Source: Octopus sinensis (lineage: Eukaryota). From it: a DNA stretch of 64,000 nucleotides. Made by a program: the position numbers and the translations under genes. Positions within the stretch are counted from its first letter, which is position 1; each line of letters opens with the position of its first letter. Below the pieces are notes generated by a model. The model was not told the DNA's origin. It ran no database searches and saw only the letters and a list, made by a program, of their open reading frames with translations. The DNA lies in NCBI RefSeq assembly GCF_006345805.1, contig NC_043005.1, forward strand, positions 89,094,001 to 89,158,000, written 5' to 3'. Below are positions 1 through 11,939 of this stretch, piece by piece.

Positions 1-285
1 TAGCCCTGCAACCGTAGTGGAATTTACCTTAGTGGAATACACCACAGCGAATGTTACCTATCGTAAAATTTACCGCAATGGAATTTACCGGCCACGCCTA
101 AACGATGCATGATGGGAAAATACTCCGAAAATAAATTAACCCTGAAAGGAAAGAAACTCTAACCTTTCCATTAGACACATTATGATGAGCAAAATATTTT
201 AAAGTGAAAATGATATATATATATATATATATATATAAATTTTATTCAACGCGTAGATAGTAGATACTGAACAGTATATATATAT

Positions 286-373
<88 letters not shown>

Positions 374-610
374 ACATTACTTAATCATCGTTATATTTTT
401 ATCTTATATTTAATATTTCTATTATATGTAATTTTCTAGACGGTGTAATTTAATTTTGCATTTTGAATTGATAAAAGGTGTTATTTTTCTAATTTTTCTA
501 ATTTATATATATATCATATTTTGTGAAATTTGATTTGGTATTTCTAAATTGAATTTTTCCCTGTAAATTTGGAATAATGTTCCCTCAGATTATTATGCTT
601 ATATATATAT

Positions 611-615
611 AGCAT

Positions 616-698
<83 letters not shown>

Positions 699-944
699 TT
701 TTTTTTAATTTCTTTATTAACCACAAGGGGCTAAACACAGAGGGGACAAACAAGGACAGACAAACGGATTAAGTCGATTACGTTAACCCCAGTGCGTAAC
801 TGGAACTTAATTTATCGACCCCGAAAGGATGAAAGGCAAAGTCGACCTCGGCGGAATTTGAACCCAGAACGTAACGGCAGACGAAATACGGCTACGCATT
901 TCGCCCGGCGTGCTAACGTTTCTGCCAGTTCGCCGCCTTATAAA

Positions 945-1034
<90 letters not shown>
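611..1034. repeat. (GATA)n microsatellite split by a SINE insertion
   Basis: ATAG runs at ~611-697 and ~945-1034. Confidence 0.95.
708..937 (-). mobile_element. tRNA-derived SINE with Deu/Nin-like central domain
   Basis: Minus strand reads tRNA-like head GGCGGCGAACTGGCAGAAACGTTAGCACGCCGGGCG...GGGTTCAAATTCCGCC, core GCCTTTCATCCTTTCGGGGTCGATAAATTAAG, tail TGTCTGTCCTTGTTTGTCCCCTCTGTGTTTAGCCCCTTGTGGTTAATAAAGAAA. Homologous copies at 48735-48965 and 55630-56085. Confidence 0.85.
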
Positions 1035-1129
1035 GGTTCTCTATCAATTCTACCTATATGGGAACTATAAATATATATGTGTGGATGTATGTACGTGTGG
1101 GTATATTTGTGTCTGCTTCTTCTCCCCTC

Positions 1130-1310
1130 CTCCGCTTGACAACCAGCATTGGCGTGTATATAGTCTCATAGCTTAGTGGTTCAGCCAAAAGACACCAATA
1201 GATTATGTACCAGACTAAAAATGCAAGTTCTGGGGTCGAATCATTCAGCTAAAATTCTTCAAACCAGTGCTCCAGTATGGCCACAATCTCATGCTTGAAA
1301 CAAATAAAAA
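1130..1310 (+). mobile_element. SINE 3' fragment (second family)
   Basis: TGACAACC...GCTTAGTGGTTCAGC...GTGCTCCAGTATGGCCACA motif; recurs at 19800-19920, 33805-33985 and, inverted, 59840-60010. Confidence 0.7.
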
Positions 1311-1319
1311 ATAAGAGAT

Positions 1320-1900
1320 AAAAAAATTAAAATAGCCCATTTTCGCCATTTACTGAGAATGTGATTGCTTTGCCCCCTTTTGTTGATTGCCGTTGCAATG
1401 CCAGTGGGGTTTAATGCCGAGCAGTGAAAGGTGGGCACTGTATGAGTGAAAATAGGAGGGCAAAGAGAGTGATTCAGTGGTAGCTGAATGGATATGAGCT
1501 GAGACTAGCTAACTCCCAGGAGCAGCAGCATAGGTAGAGAAGGTTTGCACAATAACATCAACAGTAACAACATCATTGATTTTATAAGAATCTTAATCAT
1601 CATCATCATCTTGCCCATCATCTTCTGTATCATCAGCCGAAGCAATATCGTCGTCGTCGTCGTCCTCCTCCTCCTCATCACTATCATCATCATCATCATC
1701 ATCACTATTATCATCATATTTCAAAATAGTAAACATTATTTTGCTAAATGTCTGATTGGTTCTTCCCTCTTTTTCTTTCTTTCTTTCTTTCTTTCTTCCC
1801 TTCCAGTACTAAAAAGGATGCAATTCTAAAGGAAGAAACTCACCCAATGAAACCGAGACAATCTGCAGAGGATATAAAATCTTAATTTACGTATGTATGT
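1320..1900 (+). repeat. Locally duplicated block, copy 1 (paralogue at ~19930-20480)
   Basis: Colinear similarity by eye, including an identical 41-mer at 1484-1524 and 20091-20131. Confidence 0.85.
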
Positions 1901-2046
1901 ATGTATGTATGTATGTATGTATGTATGTATGTATGTATGTATGTATGTATGTATGTATGTGCGTATGTGCGTATGTATGTATGTATGTATGTATGTATGT
2001 ATGTACGTACGTATGTATGTATGTATGTATGTATGTATGTATGTGC

Positions 2047-2077
<31 letters not shown>

Positions 2078-2085
2078 TGTATGTA
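1890..2085. repeat. (TATG)n microsatellite
   Basis: Direct inspection. Confidence 0.95.
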
Positions 2086-2168
2086 TGTGTGTTTGTGCCC
2101 GTCTGTCCATATTACCCATGTACCTATCTACCTGTATATCTACGTGTCCATATGTGCATCCATTTACC

Positions 2169-2215
<47 letters not shown>

Positions 2216-3541
2216 GCATATACATATATATATATATTTACAAACACACGCACACATACAGACACACACACACGCCGACATAAAGGCCTACTAAGAACAC
2301 TGCGTATATATAAACTGTGGGTATTGGGGTATGACACCTATGTATATTCTTTATTTAGTACAGTGGATGTTTCATTAATGATGACGAACTCTTGTACTTG
2401 TCTGGGTTTTGGGTCCTTCTGGTGCTTGGATAAGATGTCTGTGTCAAGTTGACCCAGAGTGCCTCCATGTTGGTCTTTAGCACGTTGGTAGAGTATGGAG
2501 AATTATTTTTTGTCGTCATACTGTCTCAGATGTCCATTTAGTCTCTCTGCAATGGTCCTAGATGTCTCTGCCCTCTCCGAGGAGAAGCGCTCCCTCCAAT
2601 TAGCGGCCAAAGGTTAGCTGTTATCTGCTACGTTCGAATGTACGTATATATAATAAAGGGGAGAGGAATTTTACTCGAGTGTACGCTACAAATATTTCTG
2701 ACCTTATATGCAGCGAATTTCGGTGGTAATTCTAAAGCATGCATTTCATCCGTAATTGGCTGTACTCCATCGTATACTCCAGGCGTGTAATTGTTGTTGT
2801 TGTTGTTGTTGGCGGGATTGTTTTACGGTGTCCTGGCACCGAAGTCCTCTGGTAGTTTACATTCCGACATGACAATTCCGTCGATATTGTTTGGGTATCA
2901 CGCGGAGGTTGTTGTTGTTGTTGCTTCTGTTGAGCGTAGCGGTCTTCGTCCTAATGGAGTAGTCCGAAACGTGGTCCTTTACTATTCGTAAGACCCGCAG
3001 AAGAGAAAGCAGGTCAACCCCCGACACCAAGAGCATCGACGGATGGATGAATGCGCATCCAGGCTCAGCGGTTGCGTAGGAAGTCGGGGACAAGAAACAG
3101 GAAGAAAGAGTAAGAGAAAGTTGGAGCGAAAGAGTACAACGGGGGTCGCCACGCCCCACTGCCGGAGACTCGTGGAGCTTTTGATGTTTTTGCTCAATAA
3201 ACACACACAATGCTCGGTCTGGAGATCGAAACTGCGATCCTCCAACCGCGAGTCCGCTGCCCTAACCATTGGGCCATTGCGCCCCCACTGTTGTTGCTGT
3301 CTCATCCACTTGGCTTTGTTGTTAAAGTGTTTGTCTCAGGCATGGTTTACTAGGTGGTATCCATTAATGAAACATCGTCAGTACTAAAACGGAAATATAC
3401 AAAGGTGTCATACCCCAATACCCACAGCTTATATATACACAGTGCTATTAGTTGGCCGTTATGTTGGCGTGTGTGTGTGTCTCTGTGTACGTGTGTGTGT
3501 GTCTGTGCATGTAAATATATATATGTATGTATATGCATGTG

Positions 3542-3603
<62 letters not shown>

Positions 3604-3700
3604 GGTGGTAAATGGGTACGTATATGGACAGGAAGATATACAGATAGATAGGTACGTGGGAAATATAGACAGACGGGCACAAACACACACATACATATAA
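2085..3700. repeat. Inverted duplicated block: ~2085-2385 (+) and ~3350-3700 (-)
   Basis: Shared strings such as GTTTGTGCCCGTCTGTC and CTGTGGGTATTGGGGTATGACACCT occur in opposite orientations. Confidence 0.85.
2985..3290 (-). mobile_element. tRNA-derived SINE (third family)
   Basis: Minus-strand head GGGGGCGCAATGGCCCAATGGTTAGGGCAGCGGACTCGCGG...GTTTCGATCTCC has A/B-box-like motifs; related copy at ~24790-24995. Confidence 0.8.
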
Positions 3701-3726
3701 ATGAAAACTGAAACACATGGCTATAT

Positions 3727-3757
<31 letters not shown>

Positions 3758-3867
3758 TACAAACACATAAACATGAACACAAACACACAAGTACATGGAT
3801 ATATATATCTATAATAGATCGTTAGCCACTACACACATTTTTTTCTCTCCTTGTTTTTTCTGTGTCC

Positions 3868-3903
3868 CTTTCTGCAGAAGAGCGTAGGTTCGAAACGTAA
3901 AAG
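3868..3903 (+). ncRNA. Variant minimal hammerhead-like motif in a Penelope-LTR-like repeat
   Basis: CTTT-CTGCAGAA-GAGC gtag GTTC-GAAACGT-A-AAAG. The core deviates from CUGANGA. Confidence 0.3.
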
Positions 3904-3983
3904 ACTTTTTCTATTCCTGAGCGTTATACTAATACATCTGTTTGTTTTGTACACCACCTGTCTTCGCCTTTTGTTTTTTTCGT

Positions 3984-4087
<104 letters not shown>

Positions 4088-4408
4088 TCTTACTACCCAG
4101 CGTTGTCCGGTAAAGTATTCACGGAATTGTTTACCAGGTTGTAGAATGGGAATTCATGGTACTTATGCATGTATATGTATTTAGCCTAACTTCTGGACTT
4201 ATTTAACTGGAACTGTCGACGTTTGGTTTTTTTCTTAGAGAGTAACAAAGTGAAAAAACATTCCAGAAGTTGACTCATTTAACGTCAGAATAGGATTTAC
4301 AGAAAAAAATAAAGGCTTAAATCTAATGAAAATTTAATAAAATCTAATCATAAGTAAGTGAAATTATGCTAAATGCAACTAAATTGAAAATCTTTCCCCT
4401 ATGGCCAT

Positions 4409-5156
4409 ACTAAACAGTTTGAAACTTCGTATACTGGTGTAATTTTTGACACAGGACACTGTTTACTTTCAACATTTCTGACAAAATTTCGTATTTAGAA
4501 GTTATATTGTGTTAAAATTGTCGTATTTAGGTAATTTTAATCAATCAACGACGTGTATTCAGCTGAAGAAAGTTACTGCTGTTTGCAAAAGCAATCGAAG
4601 AGGAACAACTTTGGGGTCATCTTTACTAAATGTCACCACACAGTTCATTTTATTTTTGTTTATTGCCTGTGTTGCATATTACACGCTTTTTGGGGGGTTT
4701 TTTGCCTTTCAATCAGTTAAGAATGTGATTAAAATATTTGGTGGTTTTAACTCCAATGAATTCTAGGAATACTTAACCAGCATTCCAGCAGCTCGCTATT
4801 TCAATTTAGTTCTTCGGTGGTTTCATTTTGTAGGGAAAACACTTCCTTGCAAAAACCAAAAACAAAGCGTATAATATGCAACACAAAATGTAATATGCAG
4901 TAAATAAAAATAAAATAGAACTGAGTGGTGACATTTTGTAAAGATGACCCGGAAGTTGTTGCTCTTCGATTACTATCACAAACAGTAGTAACTTTCTTCA
5001 GCTGAATACACATCGTTGATTGGTTAAAATCACCCAAATACGACAACTTTAACACGAAATAACTTCCAGAAAACGAAAGTTTGTCAAAAATGTTGAAAGT
5101 AAACTGTGTTCAGCGTGAGAAATTACACCAGTATACGAAGTTTTAAACAATTTAGT
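4409..5156. mobile_element. Foldback / long-TIR non-autonomous DNA element
   Basis: Arms ~4409-4700 and ~4855-5156 are reverse complements. ORFs 4509-4766(+) and 4801-5055(-) give near-identical peptides. Confidence 0.8.
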
Positions 5157-5706
5157 TAAAAAAATAATTTTAAAATCTGTGATCAAAACTGAAGAGAACC
5201 ACTTTCTCTTTCACTTTAAAACAAAAGTTAAATAAAAAAATTTTTATGGAAATTAACGAACTCCAAATAATGAAATCACATTCAGTTAAAGATATTTCTA
5301 AATGATTAAAATAATGTGTACGTCAAAAGTCAACTTGTTTTTACTAAGAGAGCGCGAATGTTATGTGTGTGCATCTATCACAAATAGCGGACGTGTGTGT
5401 TGATTGATACGCCATGACATTCATTATATGTGTGTGTATTTTATATGTGCGTGTATGTGTGTATGTGTGTTGACGTCATGGAAGCCATGGTTTATTTTTC
5501 GTCAAGAAATAACAAACAAAAATTGGGTTTAATCGTTTAAATAGAGGTCCAAATATCACAAAAGTTTCTGCTGCTCTGCCGAAGGTAAGTATGAAAATAA
5601 ATATGCGAAAAAAAGATAAAATATACTGTCTCTGAGATATTTCGGGTACACACAAATATCACAAGATTATGGAAACATTATATATTTACATGGCTTTAAA
5701 TATTTG

Positions 5707-6145
5707 CATAGCAGAGCGGATGAAGATCCTTAAAGAGTCACTAGCCTCAGGATCTCTCATAGAGCGACCAATGGTTTTGCATCTACAAAGCGCTTAGCTT
5801 TATAGATGACTCGCCAGATTCTATTGGTGGAGGACATATAACCTCTCATCAAACTGGAGGCAGAAAAATGTTACAATCAGTTAATTTGTAGACGAAGAAT
5901 AATATACACTGTTAGAGCTTTAAACAGAACGAGTTATTTCCCTTAGATGGGTCCGGATAGCAAATCTTATGGACCTAAAGGGCCAACAGGGCACGTCAGC
6001 CCATAAAGAGGTTTTCTAGCTCTAAATGACGAAAGGGGAATCCCACACCTGCAGATGGGGTCATGGCATATAGATCCCATGTTTTCAATTTAAGAGAAAT
6101 CCTGAGGCTAGTGACTCTTTAAGGATCTTCACCCGCTCTGCTATG
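5707..6145. mobile_element. MITE with 52-bp terminal inverted repeats
   Basis: CATAGCAGAGCGGATGAAGATCC...GGATCTCTC (5707-5758) versus reverse complement of 6094-6145, 2 mismatches. Confidence 0.85.
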
Positions 6146-6149
6146 TAAA

Positions 6150-7500
6150 GCTTGCTCAAGTTTATATAGGAGCCCGGCTGCTCTATGATCCATCATCTAA
6201 TTTCGTATGGGGTTCCTAGCATCATTGAGATGCCACAAGTGGCTGACCTGGGTCGTGATGTAACGTCTTTCTGGAACCCTAAAAGAGGACCTGTGGTTGT
6301 ACAGGCGTCGCTTAAAGGAAGTTCCGGCCGACCCGATACATCTCCGAACTTGAGTTTGGGTTGTGTTCACACATCTGGTGTATCTTTTGTTGGCTCCGGG
6401 TTTGGGGTTGTTCTTACTGTCGCCGTTGTTGGAGCTGTCATCGGTGCTGTTATTACGAGGCGTGGGACTGGTGATAACGCTGTAGTTGTTGCCGTTGCAG
6501 TAGTCAACCCTGCCTGGGATGTTGGGGTTGTTGCTGCTGTTGCTGATGGTGTAGTGGCTGCTGTTGTATGAGATTGGTACATCGCTGATGCTGTTACTGT
6601 TGGTGTGGCCGTCATCTCCAGTCGTGGCGCTGGTGTTAGTGCCGTGGTCCTTGTAATAGAAAGCCACGGCTTTTTTATTGTGATGAGATTGGTCTCAATA
6701 GTTATTTTGAGTTCCATGGAGCCTAGGGCGCTGGTCAGGTCCGTTCAAAGTCTCTCAAGGGTGTGTCCCTTGGTTCCTCTAGCGATGTTCAGAGCGTCAT
6801 TGAAGGGAACTTCTTACTTAAGGTGTCCTGGATGTATAGCCCAATGAGGTCAAAATGTTGGCGCTGCTGTATGTTCCCATTGCCACATCGAAGGAACCCT
6901 CCAGGACGGACTGCTTGGCCTACGTTCACTCTTTATTAAACAGCACCGTTTCCCCGGCGTGCATGATTGCGCCTATATCTCTATCGCTAATTTCAGCGAT
7001 GCCCCTAGCAAAGGTACGTGCCTTGATCAGTAAACCTTTCTTTATAGACGGGTAAAAGACGACTATGTTGAAGTGTATGAACCTTGCTCTGCTCCTGGTC
7101 TGCTTAGCATTAAACCATGAAATCAGCGCGTTGGTTCTGCGCCATAGAGAGAATTTGAAGGCTTCCTTATTCATCTTTCTTGCTATATATTTGCTAACTT
7201 ATCTCGGATTTGGTCGAGTCGATCAGATGGCATTTGGGGTTAGAGACAAAGTTCGGTTTATGTTCTTTGAGATGAGGGCATTCATCTTGGCTAATATTCC
7301 TACTCTATCGGTTATACGTAGGCTATTGGCTAATTGTTTGGCTTCACTGTTAATGTTGTATGTGTACAGGGAACTGCACCTATATTTCTGTTACTGGATC
7401 TGATACCCCCCCCCCATCACACAGTATTACAGCTCTCTGATGCCACTATTTTCTGTCTTGTCTGTCATCAAAGACCTTTTGTTCTCTTCACAATGTACAA
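6150..7500 (-). mobile_element. Penelope-like retroelement remnant (RT C-terminal half, N/T-rich linker, GIY-YIG)
   Basis: Fragments HLKEHKPNFVSNPKCHLI, HFNIVVFYPSIKKGLL, SFDVAMGTYSSANI and CIGSAGTSFKRRLYNHRSSF, with stops and frameshifts. Confidence 0.85.
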
Positions 7501-7769
7501 GTTCTGATTCTTTTGTCAGTATTATCTCACCAATTTGCATTTAGAGATAGTGTCTTGATGACCAAACAATGTTGACAGCTTCGCCCTCTCTCTCTCTCTC
7601 TCCGTCTCACACTGATAAACTGGATCATCAAGATCTTCACTAAACCCACAAATGTTCATCTCTTCAAATGGAAATCAAAACTAAAGATTAAAAAACACAA
7701 ATTTTCAAAATTTTATTAAATTTGTTTCAGGGAGAAAAAAAGCAAAACTTTATCTTTTCTCAAAACTAA

Positions 7770-7824
<55 letters not shown>

Positions 7825-8229
7825 ATATATCTCGTTCTCTTGGCTATCCATTTCTATATTACTTGTTCATGCTTAATTATCTGTAAAATTGTGGTATTAT
7901 TACCATTATAATTACGAGCAAAACGCCCCCTGTCCAATGGACGGTGCTGAGTTGTCAAACATTTAAACCAAATTTTCTCAAAACAACTTGTCCGACCGTC
8001 CCATAGACCTCCCCTTTCAGAAACACTGATTTAACCTAAATTTGTGACACCAGCAAAAGAAGAAATAAAGATTGTATTCACACAAATATGCAACCGAAAA
8101 GTTTAAAGTACCAGTAATGATAAGGCTGTTGACTGGGAGAACACAAACATGGTTTAAACTGTAAGCTTGGCAGGAAAGAAACGTGCCTTTAATCAGTACA
8201 AAAACAACAAAAACTGGAGGTTTTAGTTA

Positions 8230-8965
8230 TGTACAGGTTGACGGAAGAAAAGCCGGACAAAAACGATGCATGCAAATGGGTTAGCTGGAGGTAATTCTAG
8301 ATGGAAAAGCATGATAAATTTATGAGAACGTACCTGGGATAATAATAAGTTTATCCGATAAAACATGTAGGAAATCAACTTGGGGCGATTTTTGATGAAA
8401 AGCAACAACATATGGAACTAAATAACTAATTTTAAGCTAACTTACTTTACGGGATGTTCAAGGGCATAGAAAAGCTAGTGGAGTGCAGCCTTGTAAACCA
8501 CATTCCTTGTAACTCCGTCTGAAGCGTAGTAGAAAAGTTTTGTCGAACAGCCAACTCTCGAACTGTCCACATACCGTTGTCCGTGCGAAAGCAGGGAGTG
8601 CTGAGGTCGAACCCCACGACTTTCAGTGACTGCCCCTGTGCTTTGTTGATGGTCATCGCGAAGCTCAGGCGAATAGGGAACTGAACGCGTTTCATCGGGT
8701 AAACACAGTCCGACAGAATCAATTAATGGCAATGTAGTATCGATCGCAACAGCTGATGTACTTGCGCGTACAAATGCACGTTCCCACGGTTTTATCGATT
8801 GCATTCTCACCTGGAATCGATTTTTGTAATTTTTTCAAGACTTATACACGCCCTGATACCGTCGGTATCTACATATCAAATTTGGGCGCAATCAGATGGA
8901 GGATGCCTGAGATCCTAGAAGACACACACACACAGACAGACAGAATGGATTTTATATAATAGATT
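8230..8965 (-). mobile_element. Internally deleted Helitron/Helentron with Pif1-helicase C-terminal fragment
   Basis: [23 protein letters not shown] plus [12 protein letters not shown]...RNVVY at 8475-8720; HINE-type 5' end ATCTATTATATAAAA...CTGTCTGTCTGT. Left boundary uncertain. Confidence 0.8.
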
Positions 8966-8999
8966 ATTATTCTTGTTGCTGTTGCTGTTGTTGTTGTTG

Positions 9000-9390
9000 T
9001 TTTCATACGCAATCAACAGTGTTGGAAATAATCCTAATATCGGGCTACAACAAGTAACCTTAAATGCCAAGAACCCTCCTAAGTATTCTAGCACTGTTTT
9101 CGGGAGCTGTACTAAACTGGGTTTTATGCCTATTTCTTCTGCTCAGATTTTTAGGAATAGTTCCCAATATAACGACTGGGATATATTTTCCCGCATTTTC
9201 CATAGTCTCTAGAATTCAATACCTAACTCCTGGTACTTTGTTATATTTTCTGTACCTTTCATATTAATTCTTTCATCATTCGAGACTGCAAAGTCAATTA
9301 TCTGGCACTTTCTATTCTCTTTATCTACTACTACCAAATCAGGCCTTCTAGCTTCCATTACTCTCTTAGTAATATTATTAAACATCATTA
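9000..9390 (-). mobile_element. R4/Dong-like RLE LINE 3' fragment
   Basis: ARRPDLVVVDKENRKCQIIDFAV...TKYQEL, a restriction-like endonuclease PD..D motif. Confidence 0.8.
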
Positions 9391-9392
9391 TT

Positions 9393-9760
9393 ATTACCTC
9401 CGCCTTAGCAAAGGCGGAGGTATTGTTTTCAGTCGTGTTTGTTTGTCCGTGCTCATGATATCTCAAGAACCACTGGATGGATTCAAATTAAACTTTCAGG
9501 GATGTTTGGCAACGTGATTGGCACGAATTAATAGGATTTTGAGATCGCTCAGGTACCGGTCAAGGATTCTGGATGATTTTTTCCCGTTTTTTTTTTAACT
9601 TAATTCTTGAGAGTGCTCGGGTTCAACCTTAGTATTCTCGTTTGTGAGAGCAGTCGAGTTTATTTCAGATATTCTGATTTAAAAAATCATCTCTGGCTAA
9701 TCATTTAGAGGACGTTGGTTTTGCCTTGGCGGAGATTTGCGCTCTCTGAGTGTTCTTGTT
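9393..9760 (+). mobile_element. HINE/DINE-1-like non-autonomous Helentron
   Basis: TTATTACCTCCGCC...GGCGGAG subterminal inverted repeat and GGCGGAGATTTGCGCTCTCTGAGTG end. Confidence 0.65.
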
Positions 9761-9770
9761 ATTATTATTA

Positions 9771-9818
<48 letters not shown>

Positions 9819-9819
<1 letters not shown>

Positions 9820-10172
9820 TTCTCTTTATCACAGGTTTTGTTGGAGTTCTTGCATTCTTGCATGCATAGCGGGATTGGTACCTGCAACCAACGGTATCAT
9901 ACTATTCGTTCTTTTCAGCCATCTAATGCTTTCCTGATTATTCTGACCGTGCCAAAAAGGCAAATATTTTGAAACAGTTCTACTATTCCAATTTCCTTTA
10001 TATCTCTCTTAATGCCTTCTGCTACTGTTTCCAAGAACCCAACAATAATTGGCACAAACTCCGCCTTCTTCATTTTCCTTAGCCGGGCTATTTTGTACTT
10101 AAGAGGGTTATATCTATCTATCTTTTCGCCTTCCTTCTTGACAATTCGTGGGTCAAAGGAGCATTCAACATC

Positions 10173-10232
<60 letters not shown>

Positions 10233-11175
10233 TGCACCTTGTCAACCACCACTAAGTCCGGTTTATGCTCTAGCACCTGATCCGTTTGCATTGGGAAAAT
10301 CCCAGAGGATTTTGCTAATCTCCGACTCCTCTACTCTCTGCAGTTTGTGCTCATACCATGTCTTACCTCTCTAGACCCCACGTTTGCACAGTTTCCAATG
10401 TAGCACTTTCGCTACCTGATTGTTTCACCACAACTTGTAGTGATATGGACAATGGTTTCATCCACTCTATTGCAGTTGCGGCACAGTGGAGACTCTTGCT
10501 CATTCGTAAGGTTGACTCTCCAGTTCGTGGCTAAAACTTGGTCTTGCACTGCCAGTGTAGTGCTCTTGGTTTCTTTTTTTAGGGTTCCTTTCATCAGCCA
10601 ATCCCACCTATTTTTTTCCAGCAACTTCTGTTGTGGTTACATGGAATTGACTGTGAAGTCCCCTGTTGCGTAATTTTTAGTCATGTCCTTTTTGTACTTC
10701 TTCCTTCGTTTTCCTTCTTTTCCATTTTTTCAATACTCCTCGTTCCTAACTGTCACTGGCAAGGTTTCCTTTCTTTCGACTAGGTATCTCCTTAAGCTCC
10801 AGTTCGATACACATGCAGTCTTCCAGACTTATCTGTCCCCTTCCTCCATTTACTCTCTTCATGTATAGGCAATCAGTGTCCGCGCGTAGAGAATGGGTTC
10901 CATGCATCGTTAGGAGCTTTCTAGACTTCCTGTCCATCTCCTTTAGCTCCTCCTTTGTCCACTTCAGGATTCCAGCGCCATACCAAGCTACTGCGACTGC
11001 GCGCAAGTTTATTGCCGAAATTATGTTTCTCGCATTCAGCTTTGAAGCCATTATCTTTCTCACTCGTCGCAGGTACTCTCTTTTTGTCTTTTCCTTCATG
11101 TTGTGGTGTTTGATTCCATCTGCTTCGGGTATTCCCAGGTGTTTATAGCTGGAATGAGGTTACATTGTCTTCATC
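9819..11175 (-). mobile_element. R4/Dong-like RLE LINE, 5'-truncated and degraded
   Basis: KEYLRRVRKIMASKLNARN (thumb), WDWLMKGTLKKET...CRNCNRVDETIVHITTSC (CCHC) and C-terminal VPIIVG; followed by an (AAT)n tail. Confidence 0.85.
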
Positions 11176-11809
11176 ATCAGTATCATGATTATTGTTGCTG
11201 TTGTTGTTGTTGTTGTTATCATCATCTTTCAATTCTGTTTCAATATCTTGCCGACTGTCTTCCTGACACTTAGGGTAGAGAAACGCACTGTAAACATTGG
11301 TAGGCCATTAAAATAAACACATCAAATTATCTATCTACAAAGTTATGTGATAGAGAAAAATGGGGAGGAAAGACAGAGTGAAAAAATAAAAAATGAAAAA
11401 GTAAACAAAGAAAATAAAGGGAGGGAAAGTGAGAGAAAATTCACAGCTTCAATGCTCTTCTCAGTACGTGTGACGTAGCAGTTAAGACAATCTTTTGCAC
11501 TTCCTGTATGGATGGTAAGCCAGTGATCATTCTTAAATAATTTTCAGTTCCACTTTTGATGATTCCAAGTGTTCGGTACAAACTTATATGAAGAACTAGA
11601 AGTCATAGTATACCTCCCCGTGGTATTTATTTATAAGTACTTGAAGTGAGTGTTTGATCTTCTTCAAGAAACACGAGTGTACAGAAACTGGAGCAGACAT
11701 GGCAGTTTAGTTTATCAAGAACTTCCTATTACACTATGGTTAGAGTAAATGTAGGAAAATGCTGGGAATCTTTAGAGAAGTGTAAATGAGAGAAAACTTA
11801 TAGACTTAC

Positions 11810-11939
11810 CAAGAGCAGCCTTTTCAATAAATCTCAACTCAGCTTCAAAGTTTATAATGTCAAGGAATTTCTCTTGAACTGTATGAACTAAGAAATGCAT
11901 GAGGTTGATTTTCTTATCACTGGACTTTGTGTCTAACAA
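11810..11939 (-). CDS. FMNL: Internal exon of a formin-like protein (FMNL/Frl subfamily), FH2 domain
   Basis: 130-nt exon bounded by tttttccag|TTG and CTTG|gtaagt. Encodes LLDTKSSDKKINLMHFLVHTVQEKFLDIINFEAELRFIEKAAL + G, matching FMNL LLDTKSTDRK.TLLHF...EKAA.VSLEN with phase 0/1 junctions. Confidence 0.9.

Noticed and set aside
2945-2980. Hammerhead-like CTAAT-GGA gtag TCC-GAAACGTGGTC
   Set aside because: The core lacks two bases and no stem I pairing is present.
3220-3290. tRNA genes (also ~870-937 and ~45857-45930)
   Set aside because: A/B boxes are present but the cloverleafs are incomplete and run into SINE bodies.
4509-5055. Pair of paralogous small genes on opposite strands
   Set aside because: They are the two arms of one inverted-repeat element.
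6185-6717. Mucin-like or membrane ORFs (T/N-rich and V/A-rich)
   Set aside because: Low-complexity linker of the Penelope ORF, read in several frames and antisense.
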